A stretch of DNA of 64,000 nucleotides from Chthoniobacteraceae bacterium. GTDB lineage: Bacteria; Verrucomicrobiota; Verrucomicrobiia; Chthoniobacterales; Chthoniobacteraceae. The notes under the pieces were generated by a model. The model was not told where the DNA came from. It worked only from the letters and a program-made list of their open reading frames with translations, and did no database searches. Every line of letters begins with the position of its first letter. Positions within the stretch are counted from its first letter, which is position 1. Made by a program: the position numbers and the translations under genes. The DNA lies in the NCBI GenBank assembly GCA_031409655.1, contig JANNXQ010000300.1:1-64000 (forward strand), read 5' to 3'. Positions 31,281-40,673 of this stretch are shown here, in pieces.

Positions 31281-32366
31281 ATGAAAATGCACCTCACCCC
31301 TGTACTCGCCCTCGCGACAGGCCTCCTCATCGCCCAAGCCTCCGCTGGGCAGCAACTCAGTCCGGCGATGGGCAAGAGCAAAATCGTCGCTCCGGAAGAA
31401 GGCGGTCTGCCCATGGGCAACTTCACCCTTGGCACAAAGTTCAGCGAAAGTCTCGCCAGCGGTTATCTCGATTCCATCACGCCATTCTGGGCGCCGGGCG
31501 ATGCGCTCTTTTTCCTGAATACGCGCACCACGGTCGATAGCGACTCACAGTCCATCGGCAGCTACGGCCTCGGCTTCCGCTATCTCGTGCCGGGGCGCGA
31601 CGTGATCTTTGGCACGAATGTCTTCTACGACGCGCTGAGCAGCCGGCGCGGCCATGACTACGATCAACTCGGAGTGGGCGTGGAAATCCTCACGCGCTGG
31701 TTCGACCTGCGGGCCAACTGGTACCTGCCCGAAGACGAGATTTACGTGGTCGATCGCTTCGACAGGAAGAGTAAGACGCGCAACTTCGGCCCCGTCGTCG
31801 CAAACGGCAATCAGCTCCAGCAACGCGTCCAGGCCATCAATCGGCGGACCACTTTCAAAAGCTACGAAGGCGCGCTCGAAGGCTACAATATCGAAGCCGG
31901 CTTCCTCGTGCCGGGCGTGGACAAGTATTTCGAACTGCGCGCGTTCGCCGGTTACTACAACCTCGAAGGGCCCTTTGGGCGAAACTTTGAGGGCTTCAAA
32001 GGCCGCCTCGAAGCGCGCTTCCTGCCCGGGATTATCGCCGACGTGGAATACTACGACGACGCGAATGTCATGGGCGGCCACTGGATGGGCGGAGTGCGCG
32101 TGACCATGCCTTTCTCGATTTTCAACATCGCCCAAGGTCGCAATCCCTTTGAAGGCTTCGGCGAAAGCTTCCGCCCACGGCAGCGTGAATTCCGCGAACG
32201 CATGACGGATATGATCATCCGCTCGCACCGCATCCAGACCACGGAGTCCGATGCGCGGCCAGTAGAGACGCGGACGACGGAGAAGAATACCGATGTGCCT
32301 TTGGGCGAGCTCCCACCAACGCCGCCGCGGAATACCCCGCCGCCGCCGCCGCCGGACGACGAGTAA
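31281..32366 (+). CDS. Inverse autotransporter beta-domain protein without a passenger domain
   Basis: Signal peptide; GLGFRYL, IFGTNVFYD, QLGVGVE, DLRANWYLP and GYNIEAG alternating strands; short Pro-rich tail. Confidence 0.75.
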   Translation: MKMHLTPVLALATGLLIAQASAGQQLSPAMGKSKIVAPEEGGLPMGNFTLGTKFSESLASGYLDSITPFWAPGDALFFLNTRTTVDSDSQSIGSYGLGFRYLVPGRDVIFGTNVFYDALSSRRGHDYDQLGVGVEILTRWFDLRANWYLPEDEIYVVDRFDRKSKTRNFGPVVANGNQLQQRVQAINRRTTFKSYEGALEGYNIEAGFLVPGVDKYFELRAFAGYYNLEGPFGRNFEGFKGRLEARFLPGIIADVEYYDDANVMGGHWMGGVRVTMPFSIFNIAQGRNPFEGFGESFRPRQREFRERMTDMIIRSHRIQTTESDARPVETRTTEKNTDVPLGELPPTPPRNTPPPPPPDDE

Positions 32367-32387
32367 GCCTCTCGGTCCGCCCCCGCG

Positions 32388-32975
32388 CTAGTCGCGAAGC
32401 TGCAGCAACCGCGACCATTCGCGGCCTTCCCGTCCGGGATAGGCGCGCACCGGGAGCCATTCGCGCTCCAGCTTGAAGCGTGGGAGAAAGAGCCGGTCCA
32501 GTTCGGCGATCGAGACCTCGAATGGAGGACCTTCATCCGGTCCGCTTTGCCCGGGATCCAGATAGAAGACCGCGAGCAAATGCCCGCCAGGCTTGAGCGC
32601 GCCGGCGACCGCTTCGACGTAGGCCGAGCGTTGCGCCGGGTCGATGGCGCAGAAGCAGGTGTGCTCCCAGACCCAGTCGAAGCTCCCGCGCAGGTGCGGC
32701 GGGAGATTGAAGAGGTCGGCCAGTTCATACCGCTCGCCACCGGCAGGCGGGATTTTTGCCGTCGCCTCAATCGCGGAGGGCGCGATGTCGATGCCGATCA
32801 CTTCAGCGCCTGTCGCCGAGAGCGCCCGCACGTCGTGCCCGAAACCGCAGCCCGGCACGAGTACGCGACCCGTGACCACATTCTCCGCGAGGAAATCGAC
32901 CAGATCTGGACTCGGCGCCCCCTTGTCCCAGGGCGTCTCGCTGGACTGATACTTGGACTCCCAATCGGTCGGCAT
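32388..32975 (-). CDS. Thiopurine S-methyltransferase (TPMT)-like SAM methyltransferase
   Basis: TPWDKG, VLVPGCG.GHD, EHTCFCAI and GPPF motifs. Confidence 0.88.
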   Translation of the reverse strand: MPTDWESKYQSSETPWDKGAPSPDLVDFLAENVVTGRVLVPGCGFGHDVRALSATGAEVIGIDIAPSAIEATAKIPPAGGERYELADLFNLPPHLRGSFDWVWEHTCFCAIDPAQRSAYVEAVAGALKPGGHLLAVFYLDPGQSGPDEGPPFEVSIAELDRLFLPRFKLEREWLPVRAYPGREGREWSRLLQLRD

Positions 32976-32994
32976 CGCAGGACGGAAGATGGAT

Positions 32995-33753
32995 TCAGCC
33001 GCGGCGCCGCCAGATCGAAGCCTGGGCGAGGCTGAGTTGGAACTTGCGCGCGTGTTCGCGAAGGAGAAACGGGAGATCTTTGGTTCCCACGAGTTCAAAG
33101 GTGCTGCCCAGTTCCGCACTCAAGCCAGCGAGCGTCGTGACGGATGAGCCATCCTGCTCGAAGCCGCCGACCCAGTTTCCACGCGGCGTGAATTCTTCGA
33201 GCCAAGTGTAAGGCGAGGTGATCACGAGTTGCCCACCGGCCCGTACTAGGGACGGCAACCGCGCTAGACAGCGCTGCGGCTCGCGGAGACGGTCGATGAG
33301 ATTGGCCATGAGCACGACATCGAACGCGCCCAAGTCACTGCGGAGCGCCATCGCGTCACCGACTTCAAACGCGACTCGCGCAGTGTCCACACCGGCGGGC
33401 CGCAGCGCCATGAGCGGCGTGGAGAGGGCGCCTTCGTCCGTCCGCGCATAGGGCAGCGCGCCCGTCCTGCGGAGCAATTCCGCCGCTTCGATGAAGCGCT
33501 GTGAGTAGTCGATCCCGAGCACCGAACCGCAAGCCCGCGCCAGTTCAAAGGTCGAGCGCCCGACGGCACAGCCGAGGTCCAGTCCGCGCGCGCCAACCGG
33601 GATCGCGTCGACGTTCACACACTCGGTGACGCAGCGGACCGCGTAGTCGAGCACATCGAACGGAGACGGATGCGGTGCGTTAATTTCCTCCGCCGTCCCG
33701 TAATGGAAGAGAAGATACTCCCCGAGGAGCTTGTCGCTTTCGTAGATGTTCAC
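32995..33753 (-). CDS. Stand-alone OvoA C-terminal-like methyltransferase (putative mercaptohistidine N-methyltransferase family)
   Basis: NIYESD...YLLFHYG, LDLGCAVGRSTFELA, NLIDRL, SPYTWLEEFT and FLLREHARKFQ match my recall of the OvoA C-terminal domain. Confidence 0.8.
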   Translation of the reverse strand: MNIYESDKLLGEYLLFHYGTAEEINAPHPSPFDVLDYAVRCVTECVNVDAIPVGARGLDLGCAVGRSTFELARACGSVLGIDYSQRFIEAAELLRRTGALPYARTDEGALSTPLMALRPAGVDTARVAFEVGDAMALRSDLGAFDVVLMANLIDRLREPQRCLARLPSLVRAGGQLVITSPYTWLEEFTPRGNWVGGFEQDGSSVTTLAGLSAELGSTFELVGTKDLPFLLREHARKFQLSLAQASIWRRRG

Positions 33754-33769
33754 GCGCTGACGGTGGACT

Positions 33770-34939
33770 TCACTCGCCGAGTAGTCCGCGCATGTAGGCC
33801 GCCGGGACGTAGTTCTCGATGAGCACTTCGGTCCGTCCGGCGCGGTGCATCCGCACTTGCGGCACCGCTATCTCGGGCGTCTTGCTCGGCGAAAAAAGGA
33901 TATCGTCGTGCGTGGCGTTCTTCTTATTGGCGAAACGATCCGGCGTGAGTTTCCCGCCGAGATGATCACTGCGGCCGGTGGCCACGTGCATCGTCCCGAG
34001 GATCTTCTCGTCCTGGATGTCCCGTCCTGAAACTGGAAGGACCTGCGTGCCGAAGCCAAGCTCGCCAAGTTCGCCCGTCACCGGATCGCTCGTGAGTTTG
34101 TGATTGTGCGCGGCGATCGTCGCCGGGTTTCCGCGGAGCAGTGTGGACTCGACGATCCGCCCGCCCGTCACCCGCATCAGGGCGAGCGTGCCGTCTTCAT
34201 ACTTCATTGGAAACACACCTTCCGCGCCGGCCGGGACATAGTAAATCTCGCCAGCTGGAAGATTCGCAATATCCGGTCCGCCGCGGCAGAGACCGTGGCT
34301 CTTCTGGGCTTCCTGCCCGGCGAGTTCGAGGCGCAAAGTGCAGCGCTGTCCTTCCACCGCGTAGTCGATCTCGACCCAATCCGCGCCCGTCATCCCGGTG
34401 CGCAGCTTCTCCGCGGTCACGCTCACTTCGTTGTAATCGACCGCCAAACCGGAGTTGAGGATGATTTGATTCACGCCGTGGAGCGTCGCTCCGCGGAAGC
34501 CGTACCTCTTCGCAAAGGCAGTGAGCGGAGCCGTCGCCGAGTAAGTGGAGATACAAAGGATCAGATCGTATTTCTTGCAGATGTCTTCCACGAGATCCAC
34601 CTCCCGCCCATCCGTCGCGTAGCCTTTCTCCGGCAGATCGAGATTGCTGCCTCCCGTGATTTCATAGGCGAACATTTCACCACCCTCCAAGCCCAATTCC
34701 GCCATCACGCCCTGACGCAGGCCTTGGTAAAAAACGTCGTGCGCATTGCGCTGGATCGAGAGATCGGGGTTGCGCAAGCAGCGGAAGCCCGTGATCTCGC
34801 GCGGATCATCGAGGTCGATGAGAATGCAGACGCGCTCTCCACCTTTCGGCGCGAAGACCGTTTGGAGCAGTCGGCTGAGGCTGAAGGGAGGAAACTGACG
34901 AGGAGTCTTCGCGAGTGTCGGATGGATCGTGGTTAGCAT
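33770..34939 (-). CDS. M29-fold metalloprotein (aminopeptidase T/NicX-like)
   Basis: NLPAGE, ELGFG, DEKILGTMHVATG and THDD metal-ligand pattern. Confidence 0.7.
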   Translation of the reverse strand: MLTTIHPTLAKTPRQFPPFSLSRLLQTVFAPKGGERVCILIDLDDPREITGFRCLRNPDLSIQRNAHDVFYQGLRQGVMAELGLEGGEMFAYEITGGSNLDLPEKGYATDGREVDLVEDICKKYDLILCISTYSATAPLTAFAKRYGFRGATLHGVNQIILNSGLAVDYNEVSVTAEKLRTGMTGADWVEIDYAVEGQRCTLRLELAGQEAQKSHGLCRGGPDIANLPAGEIYYVPAGAEGVFPMKYEDGTLALMRVTGGRIVESTLLRGNPATIAAHNHKLTSDPVTGELGELGFGTQVLPVSGRDIQDEKILGTMHVATGRSDHLGGKLTPDRFANKKNATHDDILFSPSKTPEIAVPQVRMHRAGRTEVLIENYVPAAYMRGLLGE

Positions 34940-35089
34940 GGGTACTTGGTGGTTAAGGTTGCAGGATGTCTTACGCCTATCGGTGCGCAAGCGTTGCATC
35001 TTCATCCATCGGCTCGGGCACCTCCGGCGGATGCCAACCACGCGCCAGCGAGGTTGCGTTGAGCGCTCCCGGTGGGCCACGGTGAGTGC

Positions 35090-35932
35090 ATGCTTTGGAT
35101 GACTCCACGTCGCACTCTCGATCTCAGTCGCCGCGCGCAGATCATGGGCGTGGTGAATGTGACGACGGATTCATTTTCCGATGGCGGGCAGTTTGCCGAC
35201 ACGGATGCGGCCGTGGCGCACGCACTGCGACTCGTGGAGGAGGGTGCGGAGATCATCGACGTCGGTGGGGAATCCACGCGGCCCGGCGCGGTGCCGGTGA
35301 GCGAGGAGGAGGAATTGCGGAGGGTCATCCCGGTGATCGAGAAGCTCGCGAAGAGTGGCCCATGCACTATCTCCATCGACACCATGAAGCCGGCCGTGGC
35401 GCGCGCGGCAATGGGCGCGGGCGCGGAGATCATCAATGACGTCACTGGCCTCCGTGACCCCGCGATGCTGGAGGTCGCGAGAGAGACTGGAGCTGGCGTC
35501 GTCGCGATGCACATGCAAGGTCTGCCGCGCGATATGCAGACGGCGCCGCACTACGACGATGTCTGCGGCGAGATCCGGGAATTCTTTAGACAAACTCTCG
35601 ACCGGTGCCTAGCCTGCGGGATGATCGCCGCGCAACTCGCTTTTGACCCCGGAATCGGGTTCGGAAAGACGCTCGCGCACAACCTTGCACTGCTCCGGAA
35701 CCTTGATTCCATGGGGTTTGGCGGGCGGCCGCTTGTTCTGGGAGTCTCGCGAAAATCCTTTATCGGAAGGGTGCTTGGTTCGGCGGTGTTGGAAGATCGC
35801 GAGTGGCCCACCGTCGCGCTCACGAGTCTGGGACGCAGCCGCGGGGCGAAGGTGATCCGCGTTCACGACGTGCGGCGAAATGTGGAGTCGCTCCGAATGA
35901 CTGAGGCCATCCTCACGTCGGAGGCGTCATGA
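35090..35932 (+). CDS. folP: Dihydropteroate synthase
   Basis: MGVVNVTTDSFSDGG, GGESTRPG, DPGIGFGK, GVSRKSF and RVHDV motifs. Confidence 0.96.
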   Translation: MLWMTPRRTLDLSRRAQIMGVVNVTTDSFSDGGQFADTDAAVAHALRLVEEGAEIIDVGGESTRPGAVPVSEEEELRRVIPVIEKLAKSGPCTISIDTMKPAVARAAMGAGAEIINDVTGLRDPAMLEVARETGAGVVAMHMQGLPRDMQTAPHYDDVCGEIREFFRQTLDRCLACGMIAAQLAFDPGIGFGKTLAHNLALLRNLDSMGFGGRPLVLGVSRKSFIGRVLGSAVLEDREWPTVALTSLGRSRGAKVIRVHDVRRNVESLRMTEAILTSEAS

Positions 35933-36804
35933 CCTTCGCCGATGTGACGCAGTTCGCCGCCGAGTATTGGAAGGACGCGATCCAAATCGCGCTCCTTGCC
36001 GTGGCGATCTACTACACTTGGAATTTCTTCAAGGGCACACCGGGCGCGAACGTGCTCATGGGCTTGGTGACGATCTTTCTCGGCGGCACGCTGATCTCGG
36101 AATTTTTTGGCCTGCCGGTCATCGGTTGGATTTTCAAATCGTTGTCCGCGGTGCTCATCCTCGCGCTCGTCGTGATCTTTCAACCGGAGCTGCGTCGCGG
36201 CCTCGCCGCCCTGGGCAGTCATCGGCTCTTCTTCGCCGCCTCCGAAAGCCGTGAAGAGATCGACCTGGTCTCAGAGATGACCTTCGAACTGGCCAATCGG
36301 CAACTCGGCGCACTGATCGCTCTGCAGCACAGCCAGGCGCTCGACAGCTTTGCGGAAAACGGCGTGAGCCTCGACTGCGCGCTTTCGGCAGAGCTCGTCG
36401 TCACGATTTTTTTCCCGAAGACGCCGCTCCACGACGGTGGCGTGATCGTCCGCGGCGACCGCATCACCGCCGCCGCGTGCATTTTCCCAGTGAGCCAGCG
36501 CCAGGATCTCGACCGCACGCTCGGCACTCGCCATCGCGCGGCGCTCGGCCTGAGCGAACAGACGGACGCGATCGTGATCGTGGTCTCGGAGGAGACGGGG
36601 ATCGTTTCGATTTGTTACGGCGGGCATCTGGAAAGAAACTTCGACCCCGAGAGCTTTCGGCGCCGGCTTGGCGAACTCCGCTCCTTGAAGAATGAAACAT
36701 CTGATAACGAACCAATGGCAGGCAAAGATCGTGTCGCTCGCGCTCGCCGTAGTGCTGTGGGCAGTCATTCGAAAGAACATCGAAACGACCACCTTGCCTT
36801 CTAG
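35929..36804 (+). CDS. cdaA: Diadenylate cyclase CdaA/DacA
   Basis: Three N-terminal TMs; FQPELRR.L, PLHDGG, GTRHRAA and VSEETG motifs. Confidence 0.93.
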   Translation: MTFADVTQFAAEYWKDAIQIALLAVAIYYTWNFFKGTPGANVLMGLVTIFLGGTLISEFFGLPVIGWIFKSLSAVLILALVVIFQPELRRGLAALGSHRLFFAASESREEIDLVSEMTFELANRQLGALIALQHSQALDSFAENGVSLDCALSAELVVTIFFPKTPLHDGGVIVRGDRITAAACIFPVSQRQDLDRTLGTRHRAALGLSEQTDAIVIVVSEETGIVSICYGGHLERNFDPESFRRRLGELRSLKNETSDNEPMAGKDRVARARRSAVGSHSKEHRNDHLAF

Positions 36805-36877
36805 AATACAGATTCAACCAGAGAAGCAGAACTTCCAATTTGAGATCACCCGCGATGGAAAAACCCCGGCAAAATAA
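36692..36877 (+). CDS. Truncated CdaR/YbbR-like membrane peptide (61 aa)
   Basis: NQWQAKIVSLALAVVLWAVI resembles the CdaR N-terminal anchor; located between cdaA and glmM. Confidence 0.6.
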   Translation: MKHLITNQWQAKIVSLALAVVLWAVIRKNIETTTLPSRIQIQPEKQNFQFEITRDGKTPAK

Positions 36878-38270
36878 CGAGACCGCAACCCCGAAGGCTC
36901 GGAAGATTTTCGGAACGGATGGCGTCCGGGGGATGGCGAATATCGAGCCCGTGACGGCCGAGACCGCGCTGAAGCTGGGTCGGGCCGCGGCGCACGTTTT
37001 CGCCCAGACCAGCTCCCAGCGGCATCCGAGCGGCCGCACCACGATCGTCGTGGGCAAGGACACGCGACTCTCCGGTTACATGCTGGAAAATGCGCTCGCT
37101 GCCGGGGTCATGTCGCTCGGCGCGGATGTGCTCTTCATCGGCCCGCTGCCCTCGCCGGGCGTGGCCTACATCACGCGCTCGCTGCGCGCGGACGCCGGTA
37201 TCGTCCTCAGCGCCTCGCACAATTCGTACGAGGACAACGGCATCAAATTTTTCCGCCACGACGGCTACAAACTCGACGACGCGATCGAACAGGAGATCGA
37301 AGGGCTCGTCTTCAGCGGCGAGATCGAGAATGTGCGCCCGACGGCAAACAAAGTCGGGCGCGCCCGGCGCATCGACGATGCCATCGGGCGTTACGTGGAA
37401 TTCGCGAAGCGGAGCTTCCCGCGGCAGATGAATCTCGAGCATCTCCGGATCGCGATTGATGTCGGCAACGGGGCTGCCTACAAGACCTCGCCGTTCATTT
37501 TGCGCGAGCTGGGAGCGGATCTGGTCGTCGCCCACAACACCCCGAACGGACGCAACATCAACCACGAGTGTGGAAGCACTTACCCCGAGGAGATTCAGCG
37601 AATCGTGAAGGAAACGAAGGCCGACGTGGGGATCAGTCACGACGGCGATGCCGATCGCGTGCTGCTCTGCGATGAAAATGGTGAAGTGGTCGATGGCGAC
37701 GAGATCATGGCCATCGCGGCGATCGACTACCTCCGCCGCGGTGAGCTCGCCAAGAACACGCTTGTCGCAACGGTGATGAGCAATTTCGGCCTCAATGAAG
37801 CGCTCGAATCCCGAGGCGGGAAGGTGGTCAGGACCAAAGTCGGCGACCGTTACGTGATCGAGGAGATGATGAAGCAGGATCTCAATGTCGGCGGTGAGCA
37901 AAGCGGCCACATGATCTTCCGGGATTTCTCCACCACGGGCGACGGCATCGTGAGCGCCCTGCAGATCCTGCGCATCATGGTCGAAAGCGGAAAGCCGCTC
38001 AGCGAACTCAAGCAGTGCTTGAAAAAGTATCCCCAGGCCCAGCGCAACCTCCGGGTGCGCGAGAAAGTGCCGCTCGAGAAGCTGCCGAAGGTGGTCCAAC
38101 TGGTCGAGGAAGCCGAACGCGAACTCGCAGGTAGTGGGCGGGTGCTGCTGCGCTACTCCGGTACGGAACCGAAGATCCGCTTGCTCATCGAAGGCCGCGA
38201 CGGCGACCGCATCAATGCGCAGGCCGACCAGATCGCCGGAGAAATCCAGGCGTCGATCGGCGCGAGTTGA
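36855..38270 (+). CDS. glmM: Phosphoglucosamine mutase
   Basis: FGTDGVRG, SASHN, DGDADR, GGEQSGH and RYSGTEPKIR motifs. Confidence 0.97.
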   Translation: MEKPRQNNETATPKARKIFGTDGVRGMANIEPVTAETALKLGRAAAHVFAQTSSQRHPSGRTTIVVGKDTRLSGYMLENALAAGVMSLGADVLFIGPLPSPGVAYITRSLRADAGIVLSASHNSYEDNGIKFFRHDGYKLDDAIEQEIEGLVFSGEIENVRPTANKVGRARRIDDAIGRYVEFAKRSFPRQMNLEHLRIAIDVGNGAAYKTSPFILRELGADLVVAHNTPNGRNINHECGSTYPEEIQRIVKETKADVGISHDGDADRVLLCDENGEVVDGDEIMAIAAIDYLRRGELAKNTLVATVMSNFGLNEALESRGGKVVRTKVGDRYVIEEMMKQDLNVGGEQSGHMIFRDFSTTGDGIVSALQILRIMVESGKPLSELKQCLKKYPQAQRNLRVREKVPLEKLPKVVQLVEEAERELAGSGRVLLRYSGTEPKIRLLIEGRDGDRINAQADQIAGEIQASIGAS

Positions 38271-38271
38271 C

Positions 38272-38904
38272 GTGCGCCTTTTCCTCACCGGGACGGACAC
38301 TGGCGTCGGCAAGACCCACGTCGCTGCGCTGCTCGTGCGCAGCCTGCGGGCGGCAGGACTCGACAGCGTCGGGATGAAGCCGATCTGCTGCGGTGATCGC
38401 GACGACGCAGAAATCCTCCACGCCGCCGCGAACGGCACCGTCCCGCTCAACGACGTGAACCCAGTGTGGCTCCGCGTCCCGGCAGCACCCTACACCGCCG
38501 CGATGATCGAGAATCGCCCGATCGATCTGGCATTGATCCGCGAGAGCTTCGAGCGGCTCAGTGCATCGCACCGCTCATTGATCGTAGAAGGCGTGGGCGG
38601 CTGGCGCGTGCCGATCACGCGCGATTACTTTTTGAGCGACCTCGCGGCCGAATTTGCCCTGCCGATTGCCGTCGTCGCGGCCAACAAACTCGGCGCGATC
38701 AATCACACTCTGCTCACGGTCGAGGCGATCCGCGCGCAGGGACTCACCTGCGCGGGAGTGATCCTCAATCAAGCCACGCCCGCCCGCGAATGCCCGACCG
38801 TCGCCGAAACGACGAATCGTGCGGTGCTTGAGGAAATGCTCCCCGTGCCAATCCTCTTCGAAATCGTCCACGGCCAGCGCACCCTCGAAGTCGGGGTCGC
38901 CTGA
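38272..38904 (+). CDS. bioD: Dethiobiotin synthase
   Basis: FLTGTDTGVGKT, KPI, VEGVGG and LGAINHTLLT motifs. Confidence 0.95.
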   Translation: MRLFLTGTDTGVGKTHVAALLVRSLRAAGLDSVGMKPICCGDRDDAEILHAAANGTVPLNDVNPVWLRVPAAPYTAAMIENRPIDLALIRESFERLSASHRSLIVEGVGGWRVPITRDYFLSDLAAEFALPIAVVAANKLGAINHTLLTVEAIRAQGLTCAGVILNQATPARECPTVAETTNRAVLEEMLPVPILFEIVHGQRTLEVGVA

Positions 38905-38916
38905 CGCTCCCACGCC

Positions 38917-39534
38917 TTACGGCAGTTCCTCGATCACGATATCCTTGTAGGAAGCTTCGGCCGCGCCTCCACCGTGAATCTGCACGGCGATCACCCCTTT
39001 CTCGGCGATGCCGGCCTCGGTCTCGGTGTAGTCCACGGTCTTGAGGCCATTGATCCAGAGTTGAATGTGCGGACCTTCGCAACGGATCGTGTAGTCGTTC
39101 CAATCATCGAGTTTCAGGACCTTGAGCACCGCGTCTTTGTCCGGTGCTGCGAGAACTTTCTTCCGCCGCGACTCGTCATAGAGCGCGCCCCAATAGCCAT
39201 CTCCCAAATCGGCCTGGAATCCGATGACTTCGAAGTGATTCGGGATGCGCGCGGAACGAAACTGCACCCCCGCATTCACCTGCCCCGATTTGCCGACAAG
39301 TTTGAACTTGAGCCGCAACTCGAAGTTTCCGAACTCCCGAGTGGTACAAAGAAATTCATTGTGCGGAACTTTTTCGGCCAGCGAGCCGCCGACAAAAGCT
39401 CCATCCTCGATCCGCCAAGTCTTCCCGATATCTCCCTCCCAACCGGCGAAACTCTTCCCGTCAGAGAGCGCGATTGGCGCGGCTTGGGAACCGGCGGCAA
39501 AGGCAACGGCAGCGAGAACGAGAAGGAATTTCAT
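38917..39534 (-). CDS. DUF1080 domain protein (3-keto-disaccharide hydrolase family)
   Basis: Signal peptide; NFELRLKFK, NAGVQFRS, WNDYTI and IAVQIH motifs. Confidence 0.9.
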   Translation of the reverse strand: MKFLLVLAAVAFAAGSQAAPIALSDGKSFAGWEGDIGKTWRIEDGAFVGGSLAEKVPHNEFLCTTREFGNFELRLKFKLVGKSGQVNAGVQFRSARIPNHFEVIGFQADLGDGYWGALYDESRRKKVLAAPDKDAVLKVLKLDDWNDYTIRCEGPHIQLWINGLKTVDYTETEAGIAEKGVIAVQIHGGGAAEASYKDIVIEELP

Positions 39535-39590
39535 GCTGCGAAACCTATGGCTGCCGCGACCCCCCGAGAAAAGCTCGCCCCTCACCCCTC

Positions 39591-40370
39591 TTAGCCAACG
39601 GCACTGTCTTCCGAGCGACGCCGGACTCGACCGTGCGTGAACACCCCGAGAAGCATCACCCCTCCAAGCGGCAAGAGCGCGGAGACTTCAGGAATCGGCG
39701 ACGGACCTGCCAACGCCCCATTGAACGTCATATTAAAAGTGATCCCGTCGTTGAAATAGTGGCAATCGGGATCGAAGCCAAAGGCGATCGTTCCGTCGGA
39801 GAGATACTGGTTCAGCTTCGTCAGTTCGGAGCCGGAGAAGGTGTATTCCCAAGTGCTGGGTGTCATGGTGAATGACTTGCCGAACAACTTCGTATCGGCG
39901 GTTCCCGGAGCGAGTAACCAATTCGGGTCCGAATGATTTCGGGCGCTCATGAAATCGTCAGTGATGTCCGTCACCGGGGCGCTGGTCGTCGGATCATCCA
40001 CAAAGGAGGCGACGCCCGCGTTTAAGGCACCATCCAAGAGATGACCGAAAAGCTTGTTCGTATTCGCGTCCCAATTCCGAATATTGCTAAAAGAAATCGT
40101 CGCGGAGGTCACCGTCTCGCGAGGGAGGTTGTCGAGCCGCCACGTGTAGATCATGTGATGATCGAGGTCATTCAGATCGACCGGATTTGGCGAGTAACTA
40201 AGCGTGGTCAGAACCGCCTGCGAAGATCCGATCATGGCCAACAAAAGAGCCCCGAACAAGGAAAGCACCGAGACGGTGCGCCGCGAAGAAACAATCCGAG
40301 TCACGCGCTCGTGCGCGCTCGACTCGAGTTCATCTGGATTCCTGTGACTGCTGGTATTTGTTTCGATCAT
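39591..40370 (-). CDS. PEP-CTERM-like protein (IPEV variant)
   Basis: Hydrophobic signal segment ending SSQA; C-terminal PIPEVSALLPLGGVMLLGVF + RVRRR; start uncertain. Confidence 0.7.
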   Translation of the reverse strand: MIETNTSSHRNPDELESSAHERVTRIVSSRRTVSVLSLFGALLLAMIGSSQAVLTTLSYSPNPVDLNDLDHHMIYTWRLDNLPRETVTSATISFSNIRNWDANTNKLFGHLLDGALNAGVASFVDDPTTSAPVTDITDDFMSARNHSDPNWLLAPGTADTKLFGKSFTMTPSTWEYTFSGSELTKLNQYLSDGTIAFGFDPDCHYFNDGITFNMTFNGALAGPSPIPEVSALLPLGGVMLLGVFTHGRVRRRSEDSAVG

Positions 40371-40673
40371 TTGTCTGGCCTTAAACGCAGCCTCTCTAAA
40401 CCAGGCAGGAAAGGAGGCGACGAAATCGCTGCCACCAAACTTTGCCTGGAACTGCCGCGAAGGATACGCCCAATCCGCCACGCGACAAAAGCTGAAAACG
40501 GACGAATAAGCGCTGGGAAAGAGGCGCGCTGATCAGTCAGTGTCTGTCCTACAGACCCCGACCCCTGCGAGAGCCTTTGGGCCTTCGTGCCAAGGGCCGC
40601 AAATACGACAATCATCGCACCGAGTGAGGGATGCATTAAAAGTGAGATTTTCTGGGGGGTCTTTCTTCCGCGG

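Noticed and set aside
39515..39534. MKFLL start of the DUF1080 gene resembling the surE duplication
   Set aside because: Only a short match, explained by a common signal-peptide start; no upstream similarity.
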